A DNA stretch of 64,000 nt from an uncultured Gemmatimonadales bacterium (GTDB lineage: Bacteria > Gemmatimonadota > Gemmatimonadetes > Longimicrobiales > RSA9), in contig CAVSJO010000008.1 in assembly GCA_963728445.1 (NCBI GenBank), positions 122,333 through 186,332 of the forward strand, written 5' to 3'. The notes beneath the pieces were generated by a model. It did no database searches. It had not been told where the DNA came from and was given only the letters and a program-made list of their open reading frames with translations. Each line of letters opens with the position of its first letter. Positions within the stretch are counted from its first letter, which is position 1. Shown here piece by piece: positions 19,226-28,554 of the stretch. The position numbers and the translations under genes are program-made.

Positions 19226-20357
19226 TTACAGATATCCGTTTGAACGGTACCAGCGTGCCGTCTGTTTCAATCCCTCCGGAAGCGACCAGCGTGGCTCCCA
19301 GTCGAGCTCACGCCGGGCGGGCCCGGTGTCACACAGCCAGCCCGGCGCCAGCAACTCCCGGACCTTGTCCCGATTGACGATGGTCGCTCCACCCGTCACG
19401 CCGGCGGCCGCCTCGGCGACCCGTGCGACAGCCCGGACGAGCGAGCGCGGCACCTTCACCCGGACGGCTCGGCGGCCGACCGCGTCGGCGATCATCTCTG
19501 CCACTTCCGACCACCGATACGCTCTCGGCTCGGCGGCCTGATAGACGCCGCCGTCGCGCCCCCGACCCGACGCGGCCGCCGCAAGTGCACGAACGAGGTC
19601 CTCCACGTGGACCAGCTGCACCCAGCGCTCCGGCCCCGCCGGAAGCGGCAGCAGGCCTCGCCGGGCCAGACGGAAGTAGATCAGCAGGTCCCTGTCCCGC
19701 GGCCCGTAGACCGCGGGCGCCCGCACCACGATGGGCGAAAGGTCCTGCGCCTCGATGGCGATTCGCTCGCCCGCGAGCTTGCTGCGTCCGTACGCCGTGA
19801 TCGGCCGTGGCTCGTCCTCGGCGGTGACGGCGGCGAGGCCGATGGACGGACCGGCGGCCGCCATGGAGCTCACGTACACCAGCCGCCCCGGCGTCGGATC
19901 CGCCGACCGCATGGCGGCCACGAGGTTCGCCGTCGCGTCGACGTTTGCGCGCCGGTACTCGGCCTCGCTCCTCGCCCGCGTGGCGGCCGCCAGGTGCAGC
20001 ACGACGTCCGCCCCCTCCACCGCGGCGCGCAGCGAGCCCGGATCCCCGAAATCGGCTACGACCTGCTCGACGTCGAGTTCCGCCAACCTGCTCGTGTCGC
20101 TGTTCGATACGGACGATCGCCACCGGCTCGATCCCGAGCGCGCGCAGCGCATCCGGCAGTGCCCCTCCGACGAAGCCGGTCGCTCCCGTGACTGCGGCTC
20201 TCAGCCGGCGCTCCCGCCCGTGGACGCCGGAACGTGCGGACTGTGCGGATCGGGGCAGTGGGAAAGAGCCCGCAGACGGGCGGGTCGCGTCCGTCCCGCG
20301 CGCTCCCGTCCGGGGGGGCGCGGCGCGAGGTCGGTCGTCAGCGAATTCATTCCGCAA
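19226..20357 (-). CDS. NAD(P)-dependent epimerase/SDR (ceramide reductase CerR-like), frameshifted near 20108; start uncertain
   Basis: VTGATGFVG in one frame; HLAA, YVSSMAA, YGRSK, VYGPRD in another. Confidence 0.75.
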
Positions 20358-20382
20358 AAGCTAGGTCCGCAGAGGGGCGGGA

Positions 20383-21736
20383 TCAAGCCATCGGGTGTAC
20401 CGCGCCCGCGTGGACGCGCCTCAGCTGCTCCTCGATCACTTCGAGAGCCGCCTCGAGGCAGCCGCGCCCGATCGAGAGCGGCGGCGTGACGGCGAGCAGG
20501 TCGGCGGCCGGGCCCTCGGACAGCAGGATCACGCCGGCCCGGAGGCTCGCGGCCACGATCCCGGAGGCGACTTCTCCGCCGGAGCGCTCGCCGCGGGGGT
20601 CCTCCAGCCGCACGCCCCGCATCAGCCCGACGCCGCGGGACTCGACCACGAGGTCCGGGAAAGAGCACACGCCATTCCTCCATGCGGTCCGCCACCACGC
20701 GGCCGACGCGCTCGGCGCGGCGCACGAGGCCCCGCCGGCCGATTTCGCCCAGGTGAGCCAGCGCGGCGGCGCACGCGACGGGGTTTCCGAGGAAGGTGCT
20801 GGTGTGGAGCGCCTCGCCCTGCCAGGGCGGCCACGCGGCCATCACCTCCGGCGTGCCGATGGCAGCGCTCAGCGGCAGCGAGCCGGCGAGTGCCTTGCCG
20901 ACCACGAGCACGTCCGGCACCACGCCCGAGTGTTCGCACGCGAACCAGCGCCCGGTCCGGCCGAAGCCGGTGTACACCTCGTCGAAGATCAGGACCGCGG
21001 CGTGGCCGTCGCAGAGTCGGCGCAGGCCGGGGAGGAACTCCGGTGGGGGGACGACGAACCCGCCACGTCCGAGCACGGGCTCGACGATGACGGCCCCTGC
21101 GCCCGCTTCGAGGGCCGAGCGGACCGCGTCGAGGGAGGGACGGGGGTCGTCGCCCGGGCCCGGATAGGGTGCGAACGTCACGTGGGGGTTGAGCTGCGCG
21201 GCGAAGGGATCACGAAACTCCCTCCGCCCCGTCACGGCCAGCGCGCCGTACGTGAGGCCGTGGTAGGAGCCCTCGAAGGCCACGATGCCGGGCCGCCCGG
21301 TCCGCAGGAGCGCCGTCTTCAACGCGGCCTCCACAGCCTCCGCACCGGCACTCGCCAGCACGGCAACCGACAGCGCGCCGGGCGCCAGGTCCGCCAGCCG
21401 CTCGAGAAGAGCCAGCTTCACGTCTGCGGGGTACACGTCTCCGAGGGCGTGTGACAGGCGCCGGGCCTGCCGGCCGATGGCTTCGGCCACCGCCGCGTTT
21501 CCGTGCCCGGCGGCGAGGACGCCGAACCCGGCGGTCAGATCGACGTAGACATTTCCGTCCACGTCCCGTACGTTCGCGCCCCGGGCCGCGGCCCAGAAGA
21601 TCGGCGCTGCCGCCGGGCCGGGGGCGAGATTGCGCGACTCGACCGCCGCGATGCGTCCGGCGAACTCCACGGATCGCGGGCCTGGCACCTCCGTGATCAG
21701 GTCGGGCGGCGCCGCACCGAAGCGGAAGGCGCTCAC
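20383..21736 (-). CDS. Class III PLP aminotransferase (GabT-like), frameshifted near 20661
   Basis: DVDGNVYVD, GAEAVEAALK, FEGSYHG, DEVYTGFGRTG, GKAL, TFLGNP; C-terminus RGVGLMRG continues in the 20383-20670 frame. Confidence 0.85.
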
Positions 21737-21798
21737 GCGGGCATGTCGGTTGCACCCCCGAAGGGGCGACACACGGTGAGGTCAGCAGGGGTCATGAC

Positions 21799-22302
21799 GT
21801 GAATATACAAGGAACGGTGAGGCTTTCGATCATCGCGCTGGCGACGGCGGCGGCCGGGGCGTGCGGGCACGGCGCCGACGTGGGGTCGCCGGCGGACAGC
21901 AGCGTCGCGCGTCCGTCGACGGCGACGGCGGCGGCAGCGAGCCCCACCGTCCGGGCGAACAGCGCCGCCCCAGCGGCCGACTCGCCGCAGGCGCGCGCCT
22001 ACGCCAGCGGCGCCCGGCCGGAATGGACGCCCGACGACATCTACTACGATCTGCAGCAGTTCGACTGGTACCGCCGCGGCGAGCCCCTCCAGGCGAATGG
22101 CGAGCCGTACACGCTGGCGGGCGCTCCGGTCCGTGTCGCCGACGCCGCGATGGACTCTGCGGGCGACTACCAGGGGGTGGCGTACTACCGCGCCCGGGCA
22201 GGCACCGAGGGGGACGTGGACGCCGTCTACGTTCCGGTCTTCCCCCACTACTGGCAGACCTTCGTTCGTCGGGGCGGCGCTTCCGTGGCGGCCTCCCGCT
22301 GA
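21799..22302 (+). CDS. Hypothetical lipoprotein
   Basis: Lipobox AAGAC; Ala/Ser linker followed by an aromatic-rich domain. Confidence 0.7.
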   Translation: MNIQGTVRLSIIALATAAAGACGHGADVGSPADSSVARPSTATAAAASPTVRANSAAPAADSPQARAYASGARPEWTPDDIYYDLQQFDWYRRGEPLQANGEPYTLAGAPVRVADAAMDSAGDYQGVAYYRARAGTEGDVDAVYVPVFPHYWQTFVRRGGASVAASR

Positions 22303-22318
22303 GCGGCCGGCCCGGGTC

Positions 22319-23275
22319 ATGAGCGCCACGAAGGCGGCCACGCCAGGCTCCGGGCGCGCACTGCGGCCGCCTCGGCTGCGGCCGGGCGACCGCGTGGTGC
22401 TCGTCGCGCCGGCGGGCCCGGTGACGCGAACGCGCATCCGTACGGCGCTGCGGCACTGCGAGGCGCTGGGCCTGCGGCCACTGCTCGGCGAATCGGCCCA
22501 CGAGCGCCAGGGCTACCTGGCGGGCTCGGACGCCCAGCGGGCGGCGGACCTGCAGGCCGCGATACACGACGATTCCATCGCGGCCATCTGGGCGATCCGC
22601 GGCGGCTACGGCACGATGCGGCTGCTCCGGTCGCTGGACCTCTCGCCGCTGCGGGCGCGACCAAAGGCGTTCATCGGCTTCAGCGACAACACGGCGCTGC
22701 ACCTGGCTATCGCCCGTGAAGGGGTGGTCTCCTTTCACGGTCCCCATGCCGGCTTCGGCGAGTTCCCGGAGTGGGCCGAATCCTGTTTCCGGGACGTCCT
22801 GTTCCGGGCGACGCCGCCCGGTCGGCTGCCGGCGCCTCCCGACGCCGCCTCGGCCGCCGTGCTGCGCGAAGGCGTCGCGGAGGGCGACCTGATCGGGGGC
22901 AACCTTTCGCTGCTGGCGGCGCTGTGCGGTACGGAGTGGAGCCTGCGTGCCCGGGGCCGAATCGTCTTCATCGAGGACGTCAGCGAGCCCGTGTACCGCA
23001 TCGACAGGATGCTGGCGCAGCTCGCGCTCTCGGGGGCGATGGAGGGCGTCGCCGGCGTCGCGTTCGGGCACTTCACCCGGATCACGCCCATGAAGGACCA
23101 GCGGCCCCTCGGGCTGGTCCTCAAGGAGTGGGTGGATCAGCTCGGCGTCCCGGCCGTGGCGGGGCTGCCGTTCGGACACATCGCCAACAACTGGACCCTT
23201 CCCGTCGGCGTCCGGGCGCGGCTGGACGCCACGGGCGGCACGCTCGACGTGCTCGAGACGGCCGTCAGCGAGTGA
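22319..23275 (+). CDS. ldcA: S66 family LD-carboxypeptidase
   Basis: RGGYG, GFSDNT, GGNLS, IEDV, PFGH. Confidence 0.9.
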   Translation: MSATKAATPGSGRALRPPRLRPGDRVVLVAPAGPVTRTRIRTALRHCEALGLRPLLGESAHERQGYLAGSDAQRAADLQAAIHDDSIAAIWAIRGGYGTMRLLRSLDLSPLRARPKAFIGFSDNTALHLAIAREGVVSFHGPHAGFGEFPEWAESCFRDVLFRATPPGRLPAPPDAASAAVLREGVAEGDLIGGNLSLLAALCGTEWSLRARGRIVFIEDVSEPVYRIDRMLAQLALSGAMEGVAGVAFGHFTRITPMKDQRPLGLVLKEWVDQLGVPAVAGLPFGHIANNWTLPVGVRARLDATGGTLDVLETAVSE

Positions 23276-23281
23276 GGCGCC

Positions 23282-23893
23282 ATGGATCGGATATACACGC
23301 GCACGGGTGACGCGGGAGAGACCGGCCTCTTCGGTGGGGGCCGCGTGCCCAAGTCGCACCCCCGTGTCGAGGCATACGGCGCCGTCGACGAGCTGAACGC
23401 GACCCTCGGCTGGGCCGTTTCCCAGCAGCAGGACCGGGACATCGCCGCCGTGCTGGAAGGCGTGCAGCCCGACCTGTTCGCCATCGGGGCGCACCTGGCG
23501 ACGCCGGTGCGGGTGCGGGGCCGCCGTCCGAAGCTTCCGCCACTGCCCGCCGCCCGCATCGCGGACCTCGAGCGGGAGATCGACGGGGCGCAGAAGGAGC
23601 TTCCAGCGCTGCGCAACTTCATCCTTCCGGGAGGAGCCGCCGGCGGCGGGTCGCTCCATCTGGCGCGGACGGTGTGCCGCCGGGCCGAGCGCCGGGTCGT
23701 CGGCCTGATGCAGGAGGAGGAGGTGGAAGGCGACGTCGTCGTCTACCTCAACCGGCTCTCGGACCTGCTCTTCGCCCTCGCGCGGCTGGCCAACGCGCGG
23801 GCGGGGCGCCCCGAGCGGCCATGGATCCCGGGCAGCGCGGAGGAGGGAGACGGAGGCGTGCACGACCCCGGCCAGGAGCCGGCGGAGTCGTAG
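23282..23893 (+). CDS. PduO-type cob(I)alamin adenosyltransferase
   Basis: IYTRTGDAGET, YGAVDELN, ARTVCRRAER, YLNRLSD. Confidence 0.92.
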   Translation: MDRIYTRTGDAGETGLFGGGRVPKSHPRVEAYGAVDELNATLGWAVSQQQDRDIAAVLEGVQPDLFAIGAHLATPVRVRGRRPKLPPLPAARIADLEREIDGAQKELPALRNFILPGGAAGGGSLHLARTVCRRAERRVVGLMQEEEVEGDVVVYLNRLSDLLFALARLANARAGRPERPWIPGSAEEGDGGVHDPGQEPAES

Positions 23894-24022
23894 GCGCGGA
23901 TCGGTGCGGCCGACGCCTCGCGCGGCTCTTGCGGCCCACCGGGGTGGGCCGCACTATGCAACCCGAGCCGAGGGGGAACGCGGCTCGTTTCCATGTCGAG
24001 ATCGAGTAGGTCGGAGGAGCCA

Positions 24023-24256
24023 ATGCCGTATGTGATCGCCGAGCCGTGCATCGGGACCAAGGACGCGAGTTGCGTCGAGGTGTGCCCGGTGGACTGCATC
24101 TACGAAGGCGAGGATCAGTACTACATCCACCCCGACGAGTGCATCGATTGCGGCGCGTGCGAGCCGGAGTGCCCGGTCACCGCCATCTTCCCGGACACGG
24201 ACGTCCCTCCCGAGTGGACGAACTACATTGAGAAGAACCGGGCACACTTCGAGTAG
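24023..24256 (+). CDS. fdxA: 7Fe-type ([3Fe-4S][4Fe-4S]) ferredoxin
   Basis: [17 protein letters not shown] and [12 protein letters not shown]; GGAGGA RBS. Confidence 0.9.
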   Translation: MPYVIAEPCIGTKDASCVEVCPVDCIYEGEDQYYIHPDECIDCGACEPECPVTAIFPDTDVPPEWTNYIEKNRAHFE

Positions 24257-24731
24257 AGGGTTCTCCGCGGCGGCGCTGACAGTGGCGCTGGCCACGGCGG
24301 GATGCACGGGGGGCGGCGCGGTTCGAACCGCGCCGCCCCCTGTCGCGGCCGCCTCGGAAGCGATCCCGGGCCAACTCGAGCGGTCGGCCGAGGCGTGGAA
24401 CCGGGGGGACCTGGACGGCTTCCTGGAGCCGTACCTGCACGACGGACGTGTGAGCTTCGTGGGCTCGAGCGGGCTGGTCAGGGGCTACGAGGCGCTCCGG
24501 AACACCTATGCCCAGGGCTACTGGAAGAACGGGCCGCCGCGGACGAAGCTCACCTTCGAGGGCATCGACGTCACGCCGACGGGCACGGACGCGGCTCTCG
24601 CAGTCGGTCGGTACGTCCTGACCGACCCTGTGACGGGCAGCGAAGCAGACCGGGGAATCTTTTCACTGACGTGGATCCGGACGGGCGAGGGCTGGCGCAT
24701 CCTGCACGACCATTCCTCGTCCACCCGTTGA
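24228..24731 (+). CDS. NTF2-like/DUF4440 lipoprotein
   Basis: Lipobox TAGC; [20 protein letters not shown]; start uncertain. Confidence 0.8.
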   Translation: MRRTGHTSSRGFSAAALTVALATAGCTGGGAVRTAPPPVAAASEAIPGQLERSAEAWNRGDLDGFLEPYLHDGRVSFVGSSGLVRGYEALRNTYAQGYWKNGPPRTKLTFEGIDVTPTGTDAALAVGRYVLTDPVTGSEADRGIFSLTWIRTGEGWRILHDHSSSTR

Positions 24732-24758
24732 GGCGGGGAGACGCGGGGCGGGAGACGG

Positions 24759-24986
24759 CTAGAGGCCGGCGGCCCGGATCGCGTCGAGGCTCGGCGCCGT
24801 CGGCGCGACGTCCCCGCCCGGAGGCGCGAGAGTCGCCTCGTCGGGCCGGTCCTGCCGCCGCCCGATCACCAGGCTCGCCACCAGCGCGCCGGCGGCCACC
24901 AGCCCGAGGCCGACGGTCCGCGCGAGGAGGCTGCCCACGTCCGGCGCGGCATCACGCAGATGCGCGCCCATTCGCTTGCGGTCCAT
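24759..24986 (-). CDS. Small hypothetical single-TM protein
   Basis: TM segment VGLGLVAAGALVASLVIG and C-terminal SLDAIRAAGL; fills the intergenic gap. Confidence 0.5.
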   Translation of the reverse strand: MDRKRMGAHLRDAAPDVGSLLARTVGLGLVAAGALVASLVIGRRQDRPDEATLAPPGGDVAPTAPSLDAIRAAGL

Positions 24987-25115
24987 GCGCTTGAAACTCA
25001 ACTTCCGATGTATCCAGGGGAGCACGGGAAGGTGTCGACCGAAGAACGGTCGAACGCCTCGTTTTGTGACTCCGCCTGCGCCACGTTTTGTGGCACTTCC
25101 CCTCGGTCCCCGCCG

Positions 25116-26783
25116 ATGAAACCCCTCGTGATCGTGCCGATGCTCGCTCTCTGCGCTTTCCCCACGACCGGCGGGCCGCCCCCGTCGAAGGCAAGTCTCG
25201 TGCTCACCGGCGGCGTTGTCTGGACGGGGGTCTCCGGAGCCCCGACGGCCGAGGCCATAGCCGTAGCCGACGGCCGCATCCTGAGGGTCGGCAGCTCGAA
25301 GGACATGGCTGAGCTGATCGGCCCGGACACCCGTGTGGTCCGGCTGAACGGCCGGCTGGTCACGCCGGGGCTCATGGACAGCCACACGCACTTCATCGAC
25401 GGGGGCTTCCAGCTCGCGAGCGTGGACCTGCGGGACGCCGACTCCCCCGCGGAGTTCACGCAACGCCTGTCGCGCTTCGCCCACAGCAGGCCCGAGGGCC
25501 GGTGGATCACCGGCGGCGACTGGGACCACGAGCGCTGGGCGGGCGCCGTCCTGCCCCGGCACGAGTGGATCGATTCGGTGACTCCGGACAACCCCGTGTT
25601 CGTCTCCCGGCTCGACGGGCACATGGGCGTGGCGAACTCGGTAGCGCTGAAGCTCGCCGGCATCACCCGGGACACGCCGGACCCCGCCGGTGGCACCATC
25701 GTCCGGGATGCAGCGACGGGCGAGCCGACGGGCGTGCTCAAGGACGGAGCGATGGACCTGATCTGGCGCGTCGTGCCCGAGCCGTCGGAGCAGGAGTACG
25801 ACGAGGCGTTCGCGCGGGCGCAGGCGCACGCCCTTTCCCTGGGAGTGACGCACATCACGAACATGGGGACGTGGCTCCACCTCGCCGCGTTTCAACGGGC
25901 GCGGGACCGCGGCACGCTGAAAATGCGCGTGTACGCGTTCGTGCAGATCCCCGGATGGGAACGGCTGCGGGACTACGTCGCGGAGAACGGTCGCGGGGAT
26001 GACCGCCTGCGGTGGGGCGGCGTGAAGGCGTTCGTGGACGGATCGCTCGGCTCCCACACCGCGTGGTTCCACGACGCGTACACCGATGCGCCCAACGACA
26101 GGGGTCTGCAGGTGACGGACACGGCGGACCTGCGCCGCTGGGTCATCGCCTCGGACGCCGCAGGACTGCAGGTCGCGGTACACGCCATCGGGGACGCGGC
26201 CAACGACTGGATCCTCGGCGTCTTCGCGGAGGCGGAGCGGAAGAACGGCGCCCGTGACCGGCGCTTCCGTATCGAGCACGCGCAGCACCTGAGCCCGGAC
26301 GCCATCGGACGCTTCCGCGAGCTGGGTGTGCTGGCCTCGATGCAGCCGTACCACGCGATCGACGACGGCCGCTGGGCCGGCAAGCGCATCGGACCCGACC
26401 GGGTCCGGCGCACGTACGCGTTCCGCTCCCTCGAGGACGCCGGCACGCGCCTGCTCTTCGGCAGCGACTGGACGGTGGCGCCGCTCGACCCCATCGCCGG
26501 GGTCTACGCGGCCGCGACGCGACGGACGCTGGACGGCGAGAATCCCGGCGGTTGGGTGCCGGAAGAGAAGATCTCCGTGGAGGACGCGCTGCGCGCCTAC
26601 ACGGCGAACGACGCGTACGGCGCATTCGAAGAGAAGGAGCTCGGGACGCTGCAGGCCGGGAGGCTGGCGGACCTCGTCGTCCTCTCGGAGAACCTGCTGA
26701 GCGTGGACCCCGCCCGCATCCGGGAGGCGCGCGTCGACCTCACGGTCGTGGGGGGGGACGTCGTGTTCGAGCGGACGCCGTGA
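25116..26783 (+). CDS. Amidohydrolase 3 family (YtcJ-like)
   Basis: PGLMDSHTH, DGHM, DGSLGS, HAIGD, RIEHAQ, FGSDW, LADLVVL. Confidence 0.9.
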   Translation: MKPLVIVPMLALCAFPTTGGPPPSKASLVLTGGVVWTGVSGAPTAEAIAVADGRILRVGSSKDMAELIGPDTRVVRLNGRLVTPGLMDSHTHFIDGGFQLASVDLRDADSPAEFTQRLSRFAHSRPEGRWITGGDWDHERWAGAVLPRHEWIDSVTPDNPVFVSRLDGHMGVANSVALKLAGITRDTPDPAGGTIVRDAATGEPTGVLKDGAMDLIWRVVPEPSEQEYDEAFARAQAHALSLGVTHITNMGTWLHLAAFQRARDRGTLKMRVYAFVQIPGWERLRDYVAENGRGDDRLRWGGVKAFVDGSLGSHTAWFHDAYTDAPNDRGLQVTDTADLRRWVIASDAAGLQVAVHAIGDAANDWILGVFAEAERKNGARDRRFRIEHAQHLSPDAIGRFRELGVLASMQPYHAIDDGRWAGKRIGPDRVRRTYAFRSLEDAGTRLLFGSDWTVAPLDPIAGVYAAATRRTLDGENPGGWVPEEKISVEDALRAYTANDAYGAFEEKELGTLQAGRLADLVVLSENLLSVDPARIREARVDLTVVGGDVVFERTP

Positions 26784-26786
26784 GGC

Positions 26787-27476
26787 TCAGACCACCTTCA
26801 GGACCCGCCCGTAGCGACGCTGCCGCGTGCCGAAGTGCTCGACGGCCGCGCGCAGCTCCTCGCCGTTGAAATCCGGCCACATGCAGCCCATGAAGTGAAG
26901 CTCGGCGTAGGCGCACTCCCACAGCAGGAAATCACTGAGGCGCTGCTCGCCGCCCGTCCGCAGGAGCAGGTCCACGTCCGGGACCGGTTCGGGCGTGTTC
27001 AGGGCGCGGGCCATCGCCGCTCGCATGGCCTCCCGGTCCGCCGCATCGGCGGGGCCGAGGCGCCGGGACGCGGCCACGAGAGCGTCGCGCCCCGAGTAGT
27101 CGATGGCGACGCGGAGCCGGAGCCGCCGCCCGCCGCACGTCGCCTCCTCCGCCGCGTCGATGGCGCGAACCACCGAGCGGGGGAGACGATCCCGCCGCCC
27201 GACGACCATCAGCCGGACCCCGTTCTCCACCAGCTCCGCCGTCTCCGAGCGCAGGTAGCGACGGAAGAGCGAGAGCAGCGCCCGCACCTCCGGCCGCGGC
27301 CGCTGCCAGTTGTCCGACGAGAACGCGTACAGCGTCAGATCCGTGATGCCCAGCCCCGGGGCCGCCTGCACTGCCTTGCGGACGGCCTTCGCGCCCGCGG
27401 TGTGACCCGCCGTCCTCGGCAGCCCGCGGGCGTTCGCCCACCGGCCGTTCCCGTCCATGATGATCGCTACGTGCAT
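26787..27476 (-). CDS. uppS: Undecaprenyl diphosphate synthase / cis-prenyltransferase
   Basis: [38 protein letters not shown]. Confidence 0.9.
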   Translation of the reverse strand: MHVAIIMDGNGRWANARGLPRTAGHTAGAKAVRKAVQAAPGLGITDLTLYAFSSDNWQRPRPEVRALLSLFRRYLRSETAELVENGVRLMVVGRRDRLPRSVVRAIDAAEEATCGGRRLRLRVAIDYSGRDALVAASRRLGPADAADREAMRAAMARALNTPEPVPDVDLLLRTGGEQRLSDFLLWECAYAELHFMGCMWPDFNGEELRAAVEHFGTRQRRYGRVLKVV

Positions 27477-27874
27477 CAAACCTCTCGCACCGCGCGGATG
27501 AGCGCTTCCATGTGCTCCAGATAGTGCTCGAGGGCCGCCCGGCCGCTCGGCGTGATGATGTAATCCGTGTGGGGCACGCGTCCCCGGAACGACTTCTTGC
27601 ACTCGATGTAGCCGGCCTCCTCGAGCTTGCGGGCGTGCACGCTCAGGTTGCCGTCGCTCACGTCCAGGAGCTGCTTCAACTCCGTGAACCCCAGAGAGTC
27701 GTTCACCGCCAGGGCGCTGATGATCGCGAGGCGCACACGCTCGTGGATGAGACGGTCCAGGTCCGTCGACGCACCGACGGGCTCCAGCGCCGCGTCCGTC
27801 GACGACACCACGTCCTCCACTTCCTCCTCCTCCGGCTCTCGCCGCCTCCGCGCGGCCGCTGAACGATCAGCCAC
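27476..27874 (-). CDS. Winged-helix transcriptional regulator (HTH_34, ArsR/MarR-like)
   Basis: [35 protein letters not shown]. Confidence 0.88.
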   Translation of the reverse strand: MADRSAAARRRREPEEEEVEDVVSSTDAALEPVGASTDLDRLIHERVRLAIISALAVNDSLGFTELKQLLDVSDGNLSVHARKLEEAGYIECKKSFRGRVPHTDYIITPSGRAALEHYLEHMEALIRAVREV

Positions 27875-28487
27875 CGTGCCTCCTCGCGATCACGACCCCG
27901 AACACCACGTGCAGCACCCCAAACCCCACCGCCATCGCCCCGTCCTGAAGGGGCGCCGGGACGGAGAGGGCCGCCGCTCCCACCGCCATCACCGCCACGC
28001 CCATCAGCGGCACCGGCCGCACCGAGAACGCGCCTCCGGTCGCCACGGCCGCCCCGTACAGGAGCAGCCAGACCGCCGGCAGCAGTCCGGCCGCGCCGCC
28101 CAGCCACAGCGCTGGCGTCAGCACGGCGCCCACCGCCAGCGGCGGCGCGAACGCGAGCACGAACTTGCGCGCCGGCTGCGCCCGCAGTGGCATCCCCTGG
28201 CGACGCGCCTTCCGAACCGTCGTCGCAAGCGCGATGCTCACCGCCACGCCCGCCGTGACGAGCCACACCGCCAGCCACGACGCCGAGCCGAACGGACGCG
28301 AGCCCGCCACGAAGGACGCCCCCACCGCCAGCGCACCCACGGACACGATGCCCCACCCCGGCACCGCAGTGAACGCACCCGCCCGCTCCATCGTCTCACG
28401 GATGAAACGGAGGTTGTCCATGGCCCGGTCGTGCAGGGCCACGGGCGGTGCGTCCTTGTCGTTTCGGGCGGGAACGGGTGTGCTCAT
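27867..28487 (-). CDS. Hypothetical multi-pass membrane protein
   Basis: RAMDNLRFIRETMER followed by about 6 TM helices ending GFGVLHVVFG. Confidence 0.8.
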   Translation of the reverse strand: MSTPVPARNDKDAPPVALHDRAMDNLRFIRETMERAGAFTAVPGWGIVSVGALAVGASFVAGSRPFGSASWLAVWLVTAGVAVSIALATTVRKARRQGMPLRAQPARKFVLAFAPPLAVGAVLTPALWLGGAAGLLPAVWLLLYGAAVATGGAFSVRPVPLMGVAVMAVGAAALSVPAPLQDGAMAVGFGVLHVVFGVVIARRHGG

Positions 28488-28494
28488 GTGGAGA

Positions 28495-28542
28495 AGGCTA
28501 AGGGGCGGGTGCGGTTTCGTCAAGCACTTTGTATGAAAAAGT
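28495..28542 (-). promoter_or_regulatory. sigma70 promoter TTGACG-N17-TAGCCT (likely leaderless mRNA) with upstream palindrome ACTTT-N7-AAAGT
   Basis: -35 at 28518-28523, -10 at 28495-28500 (7 nt before the ATG), palindrome at 28526-28542. Confidence 0.6.
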
Positions 28543-28554
28543 CGGGTGGGAGGG

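Noticed and set aside
20100-20670. Programmed ribosomal frameshifting
   Set aside because: No slippery heptamer or stimulatory structure is evident; sequence error is simpler
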